A DNA stretch of 64,000 nt, taken from an uncultured Clostridium sp. (GTDB lineage: Bacteria; Bacillota; Clostridia; TANB77; CAG-508). Of this stretch, positions 49,844 to 61,972 are shown one piece after another. The stretch is from NCBI GenBank assembly GCA_900554815.1, contig USIO01000002.1, positions 192 through 64,191 on the forward strand. The letters are read 5' to 3'. The position numbers and the translations under genes were made by a program. The stretch's first letter is position 1. Every line of letters starts with the position of its first letter. A model generated the notes under the pieces. It saw only the letters and a program-made list of their open reading frames with translations, did not search any database and was not told where the DNA came from.

Positions 49844-50720
49844 TTATAATATTGCTTTTTCTAAAGTAATTTTTCCTATCCTTCCACTTCTGAAATCCTC
49901 TAATACTATTTTTGCTGTTTTTGTTTCATCAATTTTTCCTCCAGCTAATAGTGCTCCTCTTTTTTTTCCAATTAGATGCATTATTTGTGTTAAAATATTT
50001 ACATTATTATTTATTTCCTGTTCACTTATTTTATATCTAGAAAATAATTCATGCTTATTGTTACTATATAAATATTTTATCAAATGATACGATACCTCTA
50101 TTGGTTCAATTACATCTTCTTTTATTGTACCAATATATGCCAAATTTAATGCCACTTCTTCTTTTTCAAGCTTAGGCCATAATATACCAGGTGTATCTAA
50201 TAATTCAATATTATTTTGAATGCGAATCCATTGCTTTTGCTTTGTTATTCCTGGTTGATTTCCCACATTTGCTGTATTTCTTTTTGCAATCCTATTAATA
50301 AAAGAAGATTTGCCTACATTAGGTATTCCTACTACTAATAGTTTAATATTTTTTCCTATTCTACCTTTCTCTACTTGCTTTTTTATTTCTGCTTCCATTA
50401 CATAATCTACATTTTTTAATACATCTTTAATTCCAAATCCTGTATTTGAGTCTGTAGCCACACATGGAATTCCTTTATTTTCAAAATATGTTTTCCACAT
50501 TTTGGTTTGGTAATCATTTGCTAAGTCGCTCTTATTTAAAACTATAATCCTTTTTTTATTTTGTACTAATTTATTTATATCTGGGTTTTGGCTTGATATA
50601 GGAATTCGTGCATCTAATATTTCAATCACAACATCTATTAACTTTAAATCTTGTTCTATTTGTTTTTTTGCTTTTACCATATGTCCGTGGATACCAGTTA
50701 ATATTCAAATTATTACTCAT
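49844..50720 (-). pseudogene. rbgA: Ribosome biogenesis GTPase A (RbgA/YlqF) with a +1 frameshift near its 5' end (C insertion near 50687)
   Basis: Upstream frame MSNNLNINWYP then ccaCgga, then GHMVKAKKQIEQDLKLIDVV. B. subtilis RbgA is ..[25 protein letters not shown]. G4/G1 motifs LNKSDL and GIPNVGKSS. Confidence 0.8.
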
Positions 50721-50962
50721 CGTTTTCACTCTCCTACTTTTCCACTTCTTCTAACAATAAATCAAAATCTCTTTTTCACTATTTATCTCTTATATGTACA
50801 TTTTAACTACCGAGGAATCCTCGGTAGTTGAGTTAATCCTATTTACTCTATATAATTTTAAATTGCATCAGCATGTATCAAATAATTGTTTTTCGTTAAT
50901 ATATCAAAATTTGATTTATATATTTTATATTTTTTTGCTCTATAATTTTTAAGTTATATTTT

Positions 50963-51427
50963 TTACATTAGCCTGTAATTATTTTTATCTGCTCTTTCAT
51001 CTAATTTTCTATCAAATTCTTTGTTTTGATAAAACCAATCCGTTTTTTGGACTGTCTTTTTGCTTATATTTCCTCTATTTTTATTTGTTAGTAAGTCTAA
51101 CATATTGGCAAAAGAAATTAGAATTCCAATAGCCCCCATAAATATAGCATAATATGCTTCTAATGAATTTACAGCAAGTAAGCTATATATTTCATATCCA
51201 AAGTAAGTAGTATATAGTGCAAAATATAACATTCCACCAATTAGTTTTCTTTTTGTTACCAATAATAATATAGCTAATGTTATAAATAAAAATATAATTT
51301 CATAATTTATATTTGTTATTGCAATTGGTATATCTATTTTTAGAGACAACATTAAAGTAATAATTATTCTAAATACCCAAAACATATATGAAAATATATT
51401 AATTAAATAACTAAATAGCGTTTTCAT
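50963..51427 (-). CDS. Polytopic membrane protein, unknown function
   Basis: 154 aa, 4 hydrophobic helices. Confidence 0.4.
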   Translation of the reverse strand: MKTLFSYLINIFSYMFWVFRIIITLMLSLKIDIPIAITNINYEIIFLFITLAILLLVTKRKLIGGMLYFALYTTYFGYEIYSLLAVNSLEAYYAIFMGAIGILISFANMLDLLTNKNRGNISKKTVQKTDWFYQNKEFDRKLDERADKNNYRLM

Positions 51428-51583
51428 TAGTTAAACCACTCCTTATATTAAGTATTTTATATTATTTTAATATTTTTTGCAATATTACAAAAAACTTTTG
51501 TATTTAGTGTTTATTTTTTAAATTTTTTATGATAAACTGTTACTTGTAAAAAATAGTTTAATAGATTTTTGGGGGGCTTTATA

Positions 51584-51838
51584 ATGGAATTTAAAAAGTG
51601 TATAAGATGTGGTTGTTTCTTTTTATCTGATGATGAAGTTTGTTGTAATTGTAAGCCAAAAGATTTATGTGACTCTAAAAAATTAGGCGATTTTTTAGAA
51701 AATACACCTAATTTTACATCTATTGAAGATATTTCAATTAATACTGGAATATCAATAAAAAATGTTTCTAGATTTATAGAATCTGGAAAATATAGCTCAG
51801 GTATAATTAATAAAAATAATGCTAATATTAATTTGTAA
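51584..51838 (+). CDS. Small zinc-ribbon protein
   Basis: MEFKKCIRCGCFF...CCNC. Start chosen at Met-6 of the track ORF. Confidence 0.35.
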   Translation: MEFKKCIRCGCFFLSDDEVCCNCKPKDLCDSKKLGDFLENTPNFTSIEDISINTGISIKNVSRFIESGKYSSGIINKNNANINL

Positions 51839-52205
51839 TAAATATATCGTCTTCTGGATATGCTCTTATTCCATCTTTTAAATGGTATAAGTTAGTGTAT
51901 CCTATTTTTTTTAACAATTCTATTACTCTTTTGCTCCTAGAACCGCTAAAACAATATACAATAATTGTTTGGTTTTTATCTTTTAGCGTTTCTTCTACTA
52001 TGTTTTTATTTATTTCGTAACTTGGTATTAAAATAGCACTTCTAATATGCTTTTCTTTGTATTCTTGTGGACTTCTAACATCTAGTATTATAGCATTTCC
52101 TTTTTTCATTATTTCCTTTAAATTTTCTAAGTTAACATTTCCTTCGTCTATATTTCTTTTTCCTTTCAAAACATATTTAGTCAAAGTTTTAAATATTGTT
52201 TTCAA
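51828..52205 (-). CDS. Rhodanese-domain protein
   Basis: IILDVRSPQEYKEKHIRSAILIP...YCFSGSRS (active-site Cys loop). Confidence 0.7.
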   Translation of the reverse strand: MKTIFKTLTKYVLKGKRNIDEGNVNLENLKEIMKKGNAIILDVRSPQEYKEKHIRSAILIPSYEINKNIVEETLKDKNQTIIVYCFSGSRSKRVIELLKKIGYTNLYHLKDGIRAYPEDDIFITN

Positions 52206-52299
52206 TTATTTTACCTTCCTTGCTTTAAGTTTTACATATTTATAAAATATTTGTTATGTTTTATAATTATTTGCAAAAAAAAGATCTTAATATATTATA

Positions 52300-52956
52300 T
52301 TAAGATCTTACTTTTTTTGTACTATTTTGTAAAATAATTTTTTCATAAACTTTTGCTAAATAAACAGTTACAAATAACATAATCGCAACAGCTCCTATTA
52401 GTATTGTTTGCGAAACTTTTATATTAAAAATAGAAACAAGGATTGAATATAATATTTCTGCTCCAATTACCAAAGCTAGTTCAGTTAATAAAAATTTAAA
52501 AAATCCTTTTTTACGATAAATTATACTATAAATAGCTAAAATAATTGCAAAAGAAATTGCTGTTGGCCATATATATGGTTTTACTATATCATATAAATTA
52601 CTTGATGGTATATTGTATATAGATATATCTGTAGTTTCTAATTCTGTATTATATTTTTCATTTAATTTTATTATTAGTTGTTTATTTTTTTCTTCATTTG
52701 ATTCTTTCATTGTAATTCCAATTGTGTCTTTAAAAGCTCCCACCATTTCAACTTTAAACTGTTCTTCTGAGTATACTTCTTTTACAATGGTATTTATTTC
52801 ATTAATATCTAATTGTTTGTTAATTGCAATTTCAATTCTTACTGCATTTTCATAATTAGAATTTAACTTAAATCCATTAAATACTATTATTAAAACGCCT
52901 AATATTAATAGCACAATAAATATTATTAAAATTTTTATACTTCTTTTTGTATCCAT
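52300..52956 (-). CDS. Membrane protein, unknown function
   Basis: N-terminal TM helix, extracellular domain of about 100 aa, then C-terminal TM helices. Confidence 0.35.
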   Translation of the reverse strand: MDTKRSIKILIIFIVLLILGVLIIVFNGFKLNSNYENAVRIEIAINKQLDINEINTIVKEVYSEEQFKVEMVGAFKDTIGITMKESNEEKNKQLIIKLNEKYNTELETTDISIYNIPSSNLYDIVKPYIWPTAISFAIILAIYSIIYRKKGFFKFLLTELALVIGAEILYSILVSIFNIKVSQTILIGAVAIMLFVTVYLAKVYEKIILQNSTKKVRS

Positions 52957-52977
52957 TTTATTTACTCCTCCAAAAAT

Positions 52978-54354
52978 CTACTTATTTTTTGTTATTGTTA
53001 AATATTTTATTGTTACTAAATTGTATAATAAGAATGTAATAATTCCCCAAAATACAATCATACCAAAGCTATTTATAATTGATAATTTTGAAAATGTAAA
53101 TACAATAGCAACAGCACATAAAGGTATTCCTAGTTTTAAATATTTAAAATAAGTATCTTTAAATATAATGCTTATATTCTCTTTGTTTTTGCGTAAATTT
53201 TTTAAGTAGCTTAGTAAGAACAAATACTCAAATATGCTAATTATAATAATTCCCATAATGCTATTAGTTGTAATTATACAGTTACCATATCTAACAAATA
53301 ATAATAAAATTGCTATGAATCCTACAAATCCAATTCCCATATTTAGCCCATTTATGTCATTTCTAATAATTAAGTATATTATCATAATACCAACAGAAAT
53401 TATAGCAATTACACTTACTATCTTTATGTCTGTTTCTGTTATATTAGGGTTAATCGTATTGTTATATTCTAAAACATATTGAATTGGAAGTTCTCCTTGT
53501 TTTATTAAAGTAGAAATAAGGGTAGCTTCTGTAACAATATTCTCTAGTTCTTCTTGTGTTGTTATATTACTTCCTAGAGGAAGTTGTAAAATTCCATTAG
53601 ACATGGTTTGTCCAAAATAAGTTGTAGTAAGTATTTCGTCATCTAACTTTAAAGTTACATTTTTAGTTGTATCATTGCCTTCTTCGTCTTGTGTTTTTAC
53701 ATAAGTTTTGCTAATTTCTTCTAATTTAGCCCTATCTTCTTTTTTAAATTCAATATTTAAATATACAGTTGTTCCATTTTCTGTTGTATTATATAAAACA
53801 TCTGTTGTCTTTATATTATTACTATTTAGCAAAACTTCGTTAGTATCACTATCTATTAATTCAAATCCTCCATTTGCAGCAATTAGTTGGACATATGTAT
53901 CGGTTAAAGAATTTTCTGGTAAGCTAACCCAAACAGTTCCATTTTCTCCTTTTCTTAGGTCATATTCTGGAACTTGAAAATCGTTAAGTCTATTTTCAAT
54001 TATTGTTTTTGTTAAATTAAAATTTTCTTCTATTAAAATATCTTGGCTATTTATTGGTACTTCTTTAGTTGTCTGTCCCTCTGGTAATTCTTCATCTTCT
54101 GAATGTTCTTCTCCTTCTTCGTGTGTATGTTCTACCATATTCCCCTCTGCATCATAATAAACAGTTTCTGTAGTATCATCTACTTTTAGAATAACTTCTC
54201 TTCTTTTTCCAAACTCCATTCCAGTTTGATAATCTGGTATAACATTTTCATACTTGTTTAGTCTTTTTTGGTATATACCAATAAAAGAAATAATTGATAA
54301 TAATATTATTATTAAAATAATTGTTAGCGTTCTTAAAAAATTATTTTGTTTCAC
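52978..54354 (-). CDS. Membrane protein with large extracytoplasmic domain, unknown function
   Basis: N-terminal TM helix, acidic domain of about 280 aa, then 4-5 C-terminal TM helices. Confidence 0.35.
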   Translation of the reverse strand: MKQNNFLRTLTIILIIILLSIISFIGIYQKRLNKYENVIPDYQTGMEFGKRREVILKVDDTTETVYYDAEGNMVEHTHEEGEEHSEDEELPEGQTTKEVPINSQDILIEENFNLTKTIIENRLNDFQVPEYDLRKGENGTVWVSLPENSLTDTYVQLIAANGGFELIDSDTNEVLLNSNNIKTTDVLYNTTENGTTVYLNIEFKKEDRAKLEEISKTYVKTQDEEGNDTTKNVTLKLDDEILTTTYFGQTMSNGILQLPLGSNITTQEELENIVTEATLISTLIKQGELPIQYVLEYNNTINPNITETDIKIVSVIAIISVGIMIIYLIIRNDINGLNMGIGFVGFIAILLLFVRYGNCIITTNSIMGIIIISIFEYLFLLSYLKNLRKNKENISIIFKDTYFKYLKLGIPLCAVAIVFTFSKLSIINSFGMIVFWGIITFLLYNLVTIKYLTITKNK

Positions 54355-54365
54355 AGTTTTTCCTC

Positions 54366-55025
54366 CTACAATAGTTTTGTATCATTAATAATTAATTCAA
54401 ACCATATTTTTAAAAATTTTGCTGCGTATTTGCTCATCATTGTTCTATGCATAAATATTTCAAAATAATCTAATACAGGGCAAATATTTGTATCTATAGT
54501 TAAATCTAATGTAATAGTTCTTTTTGGTACATCTAATCTTAAATCAGCATCTGTAACTGCATAGTTTACTCTATCATGAATGTCAAACACTGAAATATTA
54601 GTTTTGCATACTCTGGCTCTATGAACGTCAGACTTATCGGCTAAAATTAAGGCTGCTGAAATTTCATTAACTGCTGTTCCAGTTTCTTCATCATGATTAC
54701 CTATTGCCATCATTATTTCTGTTCTTTCTTTAACATCCATTCCTAAATCTTTTAATATATTATAAGCCAAAATAGCACCAGTATGAGCATGGTCTACTCT
54801 ATTTACACAATTTCCAATGTCGTGCATATATCCTGCAATTTGCGCTAATTCGACTTTTCTTTCATCATAGCCTAAATCCTTTAAAATTTGTCCTGCTCTT
54901 TTCGAAACAATGTTTACATGTCTAACAGAATGCTCTGTATATCCAAGAACATCTAATTGTTTTTGCGAGCCAACTACTAGTTCTTTAATCTCCGCATTTT
55001 CTTTAACATCTTTTAGAGTTACCAC
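54366..55025 (-). CDS. HD-domain phosphohydrolase
   Basis: HSVRHVN...GYMHDIGN...H..H (HD motif). Confidence 0.6.
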   Translation of the reverse strand: MVTLKDVKENAEIKELVVGSQKQLDVLGYTEHSVRHVNIVSKRAGQILKDLGYDERKVELAQIAGYMHDIGNCVNRVDHAHTGAILAYNILKDLGMDVKERTEIMMAIGNHDEETGTAVNEISAALILADKSDVHRARVCKTNISVFDIHDRVNYAVTDADLRLDVPKRTITLDLTIDTNICPVLDYFEIFMHRTMMSKYAAKFLKIWFELIINDTKLL

Positions 55026-55082
55026 TGTTTTATCCTCCTTGGGAATAATTTTTTTATTTTATGTTATTAATTCAAAATATTG

Positions 55083-56246
55083 TTAATCTCCTAAACAAAT
55101 TCCTATATTTCTTGCTGTTTTTGTTAAGTCGTGGTCTTCTGTTACAACTCTTGTATTGCTTTCTTCTGTTCCGCCCTGTACAGCTCCTATTTTTTTGTTG
55201 TCCCCCACAACATCTTCTAATGGAACACAATCTAGTTTTCCATTTTTTATAACAGTTAATACATTAAATTTTCCTTGCATAGCTAGTTCTATTGCTTTTG
55301 CACCATATTTTGTAGATAATACCCTATCAAATGAAGTTGGTGTACCTCCTCTTTGCATATAACCTAAAGTTGTATTTCTAGTAACTAATCCTGTTCTTTT
55401 TTCTAATTCTCTTGCTACTTTATCTCCTGCTCCACCTAATTTTATATTAATAACTCCTTCTCCTCCATCTCTTACCTCTTGTACTTCCATGTTTCCACCT
55501 TTTGGTGTTGCACCTTCTCCAACTACAACCACTGCAAAGTTTTTTCCCATAGCTTGTCTTTTTTTTATGCTTGCTACTACTTTATCAATATCATATGGAA
55601 TTTCTGGAATTAAAGCAACGTCTGCTCCACCTGCTATTGCAGATTCTAGTGCAATCCATCCAGCATATCTTCCCATAACTTCTAAGCACATAATTCTATT
55701 ATGTGTTTCTGCTGTTGTATGTAACCTATCTATTGCATCTGTTGCAACTTGCACAGCAGTATTATATCCAAAAGTAATATCTGTGCATGCTACGTCATTG
55801 TCTATTGTCTTTGGAACTCCAATTACTTTTAATCCTCTTAGTGTAAAATCTCTTGCTGATTTTTGTGTACTGTCTCCACCTAATGTAAAAATACAATCAA
55901 TTTCATCTTTCTTTACATTTTGTACACATTTTTCCGATAAATCTTGGTATGTTATATTTCCTTTATCATCAACTACTTTATAATTAAATACATTGGCATT
56001 TAAAGATGAACCTATAATAGAACCACCTTTGTGTAATATTCCCGAAGCATTATCTTTAGTACTTAATTTTACGTAATTATTGTTTAGTAATCCATTATAG
56101 CCATCAATAAAACCCAAGCATTCAATGTTATTTTCTTCCGCTGTTTTTACAATTGCTCTTATTACTGCATTAAAACCAGATACATCTCCACCATTTGCAA
56201 GTATTGCAACTCTTTTTATCATAAAATTTTCCTCCTTTAGAATCAT
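55083..56246 (-). CDS. pfk: 6-phosphofructokinase family protein (ATP- or PPi-dependent not resolved)
   Basis: VAILANGGDVSGFNAVIRA, TLGGDSTQKSA, MGRYAGWIAL, RNTTLGYMQRGGTPT. Confidence 0.85.
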   Translation of the reverse strand: MILKEENFMIKRVAILANGGDVSGFNAVIRAIVKTAEENNIECLGFIDGYNGLLNNNYVKLSTKDNASGILHKGGSIIGSSLNANVFNYKVVDDKGNITYQDLSEKCVQNVKKDEIDCIFTLGGDSTQKSARDFTLRGLKVIGVPKTIDNDVACTDITFGYNTAVQVATDAIDRLHTTAETHNRIMCLEVMGRYAGWIALESAIAGGADVALIPEIPYDIDKVVASIKKRQAMGKNFAVVVVGEGATPKGGNMEVQEVRDGGEGVINIKLGGAGDKVARELEKRTGLVTRNTTLGYMQRGGTPTSFDRVLSTKYGAKAIELAMQGKFNVLTVIKNGKLDCVPLEDVVGDNKKIGAVQGGTEESNTRVVTEDHDLTKTARNIGICLGD

Positions 56247-56371
56247 TTAAACTAATCACATTATATCAGTTTTAATCATATTTGCAATAGTAATTTATTT
56301 TTTATTCCAAAAATATATAAAAATTAAAAAGAGATGTTTAGTTTTGTTCTCTAAACATCTCTTTTTAATTT

Positions 56372-57802
56372 TTATACTTTAAGAATTCCGCCTATCATTC
56401 TGTTTAAGCTGTTTTGTGTTTCTAATTCCGTTTTTCCACCAGATATAACAATACAATCTCCAGTTCTAATAATTCCTTCATTTTTTAGATTTTCAATTAC
56501 TTTTTCTAATATTTTTTCTATATTATTTTCATTTTCAGTTATAAGAATAGGCTTAATGTTCCAGCTTAAACCTAATTGGCGATAAGTAATTTCACTTTTG
56601 GTTACAGCATATATTGGGCATTGTGGTCCAAAACTAGAAATTAGCCTTGGAGTGTCTCCACACTCTGTATAAACTAAAATTAATTTAGCGTCTACATTCA
56701 TTGCATTAGAACATATTGAATGATTAATATGGAATTCATAATTAGAAGATGGTTCTTCATATACTCTATTCCTAAACCTTTTCCAATATTTGATGCTCCC
56801 TTCTACTTTTTTGGCAATAGTATCCATGGCTCTTACACATTCAACTGGAAATTTTCCCATTGCTGTTTCTCCAGACAACATAATTGCTGAACTACCGTCA
56901 AATACTGCATTTGCAACATCACTTACTTCTGCCCTTGTAGGTCTTGGGTTGTCGCACATAGATTCTAACATTTGTGTAGCAGTAATAACTGGTTTTCCTG
57001 CTCTATAGGTTTTTTTAATAAATTGTTTTTGTAAAATTGGAACTTCTTCCATAGGTATTTCTACTCCTAAATCACCACGAGCTATCATAATTCCATCCGA
57101 TACTTCTAGTATTTGGTCAAAGTTATCAATTCCTTCTCTATTTTCTATTTTAGAAATAATTTTAATATGATTACCATCATTTTGTTTTAATACTTCTTTA
57201 ATAGCTAATACATCTGCTGGCTTTCTAACAAAAGATGCCGCAATATAATCAAATCCAACTTTAATTCCATATTTAATGTCTTCTTCATCTTTTTCTGTAA
57301 TACTTGGTAAATTTAATACTAAATTTGGAATATTAATGCTTTTGGTATTTGTTAATTTCCCACCATGAATAACTGTACAAACTATATCTTTATTTTTTAT
57401 TTCCTTTACTGTTAATTCAATAGTTCCATCATTAACTAATATGGTGCTTCCTATAGATACATCTTTATATAATTCCTTATAACTTACTGAAACTTCATTT
57501 TCGTTTCCGAGTTTATCTTCATTTAATAAAATAAATGTTTCTCCATTGTTTAAATTAATACCATTGTTTTCAAACTTGCCAATTCTAATTTCTGGTCCTT
57601 TTGTATCCAATAGTAGCGGGATTGGTAAGCCTAATTCTGCTCTTACTTTTTTAAATAAGTTTATTCTTTCTTCTTGATCTTGGTAGTTTCCATGTGAAAA
57701 ATTTATTCTTCCTACGTTCATTCCAGCAAGCATTAATTCTCTTAGTTTTTCTTCGTTATCTACTGCTGGTCCCATTGTACAAACTATTTTTGTCTTCCTC
57801 AA
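56372..57802 (-). CDS. pyk: Pyruvate kinase
   Basis: KIVCTMGPA...NVGRINFSHG...LLDTKGPEIR. 476 aa. Confidence 0.95.
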   Translation of the reverse strand: MRKTKIVCTMGPAVDNEEKLRELMLAGMNVGRINFSHGNYQDQEERINLFKKVRAELGLPIPLLLDTKGPEIRIGKFENNGINLNNGETFILLNEDKLGNENEVSVSYKELYKDVSIGSTILVNDGTIELTVKEIKNKDIVCTVIHGGKLTNTKSINIPNLVLNLPSITEKDEEDIKYGIKVGFDYIAASFVRKPADVLAIKEVLKQNDGNHIKIISKIENREGIDNFDQILEVSDGIMIARGDLGVEIPMEEVPILQKQFIKKTYRAGKPVITATQMLESMCDNPRPTRAEVSDVANAVFDGSSAIMLSGETAMGKFPVECVRAMDTIAKKVEGSIKYWKRFRNRVYEEPSSNYEFHINHSICSNAMNVDAKLILVYTECGDTPRLISSFGPQCPIYAVTKSEITYRQLGLSWNIKPILITENENNIEKILEKVIENLKNEGIIRTGDCIVISGGKTELETQNSLNRMIGGILKV

Positions 57803-57878
57803 AATATTTCATTCCTTCCTTTTTTGTTATATATGTATTACAAATTATATATATTTTATTAGTATATGTGTTATTGTG

Positions 57879-60447
57879 TTACTTTGTTATCCATTTTACT
57901 AAATTCATATTTTCTGAATCTATAAGCATTTTATGTTTTGGCATAATTCTAAATGTATATCCATAATTACCACCTGTAGTTAGTTCAATCTTTCCTGCAA
58001 AAGTGTATGTTTTATTTTCTTCGTCTTCATTTATTAGTTTCATTGGAATAATTGCAATATTTTCTATTGTTCCATTTTCCAAAATTTTTCCATAATAAGT
58101 TTGCACTTCTATATTTTCTACTGAAATATTAGGTAATTTTACACTACACATTACATCAATATTATTGCCAGCATCTATTGTAATGTTATCTAAATTATTA
58201 ATTTGGGAAATTTCAATATCATTCCAATTTGCAACTATATTTTCTTTCCATGTATTGTATTCTGTTACTAAATCAAGTTTGCTAAAGTATTCATTAGTCA
58301 TATCACAAAGTGGCATATATAGTTTTTCTATATAGTCTATTAGCATTCTTGCTGTGCTGAATTTTCCTCCTGTACTAATAATAGAATTTTTCATTAACTT
58401 AATCCATTGGCTTGATAGTCCATTTTTATCTTTATTATAATAAGCTTGTATGATTTTGTTTTCTAATGTTGTATAAATGCTTTCACTATCTGCTAAATCT
58501 TGTGCTTCATAAGATTCATATTCCTCATTTGTCCCAATTGCCCAACCGTTTTTTTGGTTATATCCTTCTGCCCACCAACCATCTAATACACTAAAATTTA
58601 TTACTCCATTAATGGCTGCTTTTTGTCCACTCGTTCCTGAGGCTTCCATTGGTCTTCTAGGATTGTTTAGCCATATGTCTACTCCACTTACTAAATATCT
58701 TGCTATAGCAATATTATAATCCTCTAGTAAGAAAATTTTTCCCTTGAATTGTGGCATTGCAGATATTTCATGAATATATTTAATTAGATTTTGTCCTTCT
58801 TTGTCTGCTGGATGTGCCTTACCTGCAAATATAATTTGAACTGGTTTATCTGCATCATTTAGTATTTGAGTAATTCTTTCTAAATCTTTAAAAATTAAAG
58901 TTGCTCTTTTATATGTAGCAAATCTTCTTGCGAATCCTATTGTTAGAATATCTGATTTTAATTCTGGAACCATATCTTTTATAATGTCGTAGCTCATTCC
59001 TGATTTTCGTAGTCGACTTATTAAGTTACTTTTTGTTAAGTCTAGTAATTTTTCTTTTCTTTTCATGTGCTCATTCCAAAGTTTTTCATCCGGTATAGAG
59101 TCAATTTTTTTCCAAACTGTGTCGTCATATATATTATCTTGCCAATATGGAATTAAATATTTGTTATATAATTCTTTAATTCCTGGTGCTAACCATGAAC
59201 AAGTGTGTACTCCGTTTGTTACATATGTAATTGGTGATTCATTTGCTGCTATTTCTGGCCATATGTCTGAAAATAGTTCTCTAGAGACTGCCCCATGTAA
59301 TTTGCTTACACCATTTTTTTTGCCTGCAATTTTAAGAGCTAATATGCCCATATTAAACCCAGTTCCTAATTCTTTATCTTTCGTACTCATTCCTAGTCTT
59401 AAAAATTCTTCTCTAGAAAGTCCAATTCTTCCCCAGAAATTTTTAAAATATTTTTCTACAAGTGCTATATCAAATATATCATTTCCTGCTGGCACAGGAG
59501 TATGTGTTGTAAATACTGTTTTAGCTGTTACAATTTCTTTAGCAATATTAAAAGATACTTGTTTTTCAGCCATTATATCTTTTATTAGTTCAACTGTAAC
59601 AAAAGAAGAATGTCCTTCATTCATATGGTATATGGTTGGATTTAGCCCTAATTTTTTTAGTAAGTTTACTCCACCCATTCCAAGCACAATTTCTTGTTGA
59701 ATTCTCATTTCTCTGTCTCCACCATATAAATGTAGAGTAACATTTTTATAGTCATCTGTGTTTTGGTCAATATCAGAATCTAATAAATATAGAGTTACTC
59801 TTCCAACATTAATTTTCCATACTTTTAAATATATTTTTTTTCTAGGGAATCTTACATCTATTATTAATTCCTCTCCATTTTCATTTACAACAGGTATAAT
59901 AGGTAAATTATATAAATCTATATTTTTATATTCTGTTTCTTGTACTCCATATTTATTAATTTTTTGATGAAAATAACCGTTTTTATATAGTAGTCCTACA
60001 GCAACAAAAGGAACTCCTAAATCACTTGCAGATTTTAAATGGTCTCCAGACAAAATTCCGCAATCCACCAGAATATATTGGTAATATTTCATCTAATCCA
60101 TATTCTGCTGAAAAATATGCTATTAAGTCATTTTTATGGTTAGGATATTTTTTAGAAAACCATGTGGATTTGCTATTCATGTATCCTTCAAAATTTTCTA
60201 CAATTTTATCATATTCTTTTAAAAATTCGTTATCTGTTGTGACTTTCTCTAGTTTTGATTGTTCTACTAGTTTTAAAAATTTAACTGGATTCTTCCCGCA
60301 TGTTTCCCATAAGTCTATATCTAACATCTTAAATAGCCTCAAAAATTCTGTATTCCAAGACCACCATAAGTTCTTGGCTATATCTGATAATTTTTCAATT
60401 CTTTTAGGTAATTGTGGGTTAACTGTTATTCTATTAAAAACGTACAT
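57879..60447 (-). pseudogene. glgP: Alpha-glucan (glycogen/maltodextrin) phosphorylase family (GT35, DUF3417 N-terminus) split by a +1 frameshift (C insertion near 60060)
   Basis: N-terminal ORF ..FSAEYGLDEILPIYSGGLRNFVWRPFKICK*. Other frame continues GILSGDHLKSASDLG. ttgCgga should read ttggga. Confidence 0.75.
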
Positions 60448-60528
60448 TAAATTTTCCTCCTATGTATTTCTTATATAATTTTAACTTCATTTTGTTAAAT
60501 TATATATTTTATAACTTTTTTAAATAAT

Positions 60529-61215
60529 TTACTTATTCTTCTTTTTTATTATAGTAATAATTATTATAACAATTATTACTACAATAATTCCTGCAATCAT
60601 AATTGGTGAAACTGTAATAATTGGTTTTTCTTGTATTTCATTAAATTGAATTGTATCTACAATATTTTTTAATTCATCTTGTTGTACATTAGAATATTTG
60701 CTATTTAATGTTATAGTAATTGCCTTTCCATTTACTATTGTATAATATTGGTATATTGTTGTTGTACCATTTATAAATTTAGTATATATGTATTTTATTT
60801 CATTATGTTCATAAAGATTTTGTTCTTCTACTTGTGCATCTCCAGCAGTTGCTAAAATTTCTTTTTTTAAATCTTCTATTTCTTTTTCGTCTAAAGAAGT
60901 TAAATGGAAATTATTTTTAGTTCTCGTATTTTCAATTACAGAAATTATAAGCTCTTTAGATAAATTACTGCTTAATCCATTATATACTATTCCATTTTGA
61001 TTATATTGATTTTTTAATTCCTCACTTGTTACTCTCAATACTGTTTCATAATAAGAAATTTTGGTATCATTATTATCTATACCCGATTTTAGGTCATAAT
61101 ACTCATCTGGTAATTCTATTTTCATTCCAATTTCAGAAAATTCTTCTGCCATAACACAAATACTAGTAGATAAAAGCATTACTGCTAAAATAAATCCTAC
61201 AATTATTTTTTTCAT
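60529..61215 (-). CDS. Secreted protein with C-terminal TM anchor, unknown function
   Basis: Signal peptide MKKIIVGFILAVMLLSTSICVMA. C-terminus IMIAGIIVVIIVIIIITIIKKKNK. Confidence 0.4.
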   Translation of the reverse strand: MKKIIVGFILAVMLLSTSICVMAEEFSEIGMKIELPDEYYDLKSGIDNNDTKISYYETVLRVTSEELKNQYNQNGIVYNGLSSNLSKELIISVIENTRTKNNFHLTSLDEKEIEDLKKEILATAGDAQVEEQNLYEHNEIKYIYTKFINGTTTIYQYYTIVNGKAITITLNSKYSNVQQDELKNIVDTIQFNEIQEKPIITVSPIMIAGIIVVIIVIIIITIIKKKNK

Positions 61216-61284
61216 TTTTTAGTTCTCCTTTTTATATATTTTTTTCATCTTTATTATTATAAACATTAAATAAAAAGTTGTAAA

Positions 61285-61969
61285 CTATTTTAATAAATCT
61301 TTTACAACTTCTCCTGCAATAATTAGTCCTGCAACTGGTGGAACAAACGAAACACTCCCCGGAATTGGTGTATTTGTTTTCTTTGGCTCTTCTTTAGAAT
61401 AAATTACTTTTAGTTTTTTTACACCAATATTTCTTAACTGTTTTCTTAATGCTTTTGCTAGTGGGCACACCTGTGTTTTATAAATATCCGATACTTCTAG
61501 CATAGTTGGATTAAGTTTATTTCCTGTTCCCATACAAGAAATTATTGGAATATTATATCTTCCGAGCAATTTCTACTAAACTAACCTTTGCAGTCACATT
61601 ATCTATTGCATCTATAATGTACGAATAAGAAGAGTCTACTAATTCTTCTACATTATTTGGTAAGCAGTATTGCTTTATTACCTCTATTTTTGCTTCTGGA
61701 TTAATATCTAACATTCTATTTTTCATTACATCTACTTTATATTTTCCAATTGTATTGTGGCTTGCATGGATTTGTCTATTTAGATTTGTTAATGAAATTT
61801 TGTCTTTATCTATTAGGACAAAATTGCCTATTCCAGCTCTTATTAGTCCTTCTGCTACAAATGATCCTACTCCACCTATTCCAAAGATTACTACTTTAGA
61901 TTGGTGGAGTTTTTGCAAACCATCTTTCCCAATTAGCATTTCTGTTCTTGAAAACTGATTTTCTTCCAT
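61285..61969 (-). pseudogene. tcdA: tRNA threonylcarbamoyladenosine dehydratase (TcdA/CsdL, ThiF family) split by a +1 frameshift (C insertion near 61564)
   Basis: N-terminal part VVIFGIGGVGSFVAEGLIRAGIGNFVLIDKDKISLTNLNRQIH...SLVEIARKI*. C-terminal part (L)GRYNIPIISCMGTGNKLNPT. gctCgga should read gctgga. Confidence 0.75.
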
Positions 61970-61972
61970 AGC

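Noticed and set aside
52300-54354. SecD/SecF-like pair (TM - large extracytoplasmic domain - multi-TM topology)
   Set aside because: Topology is reminiscent, but the conserved SecD/SecF motifs (for example the RIRE-containing helix) are absent.
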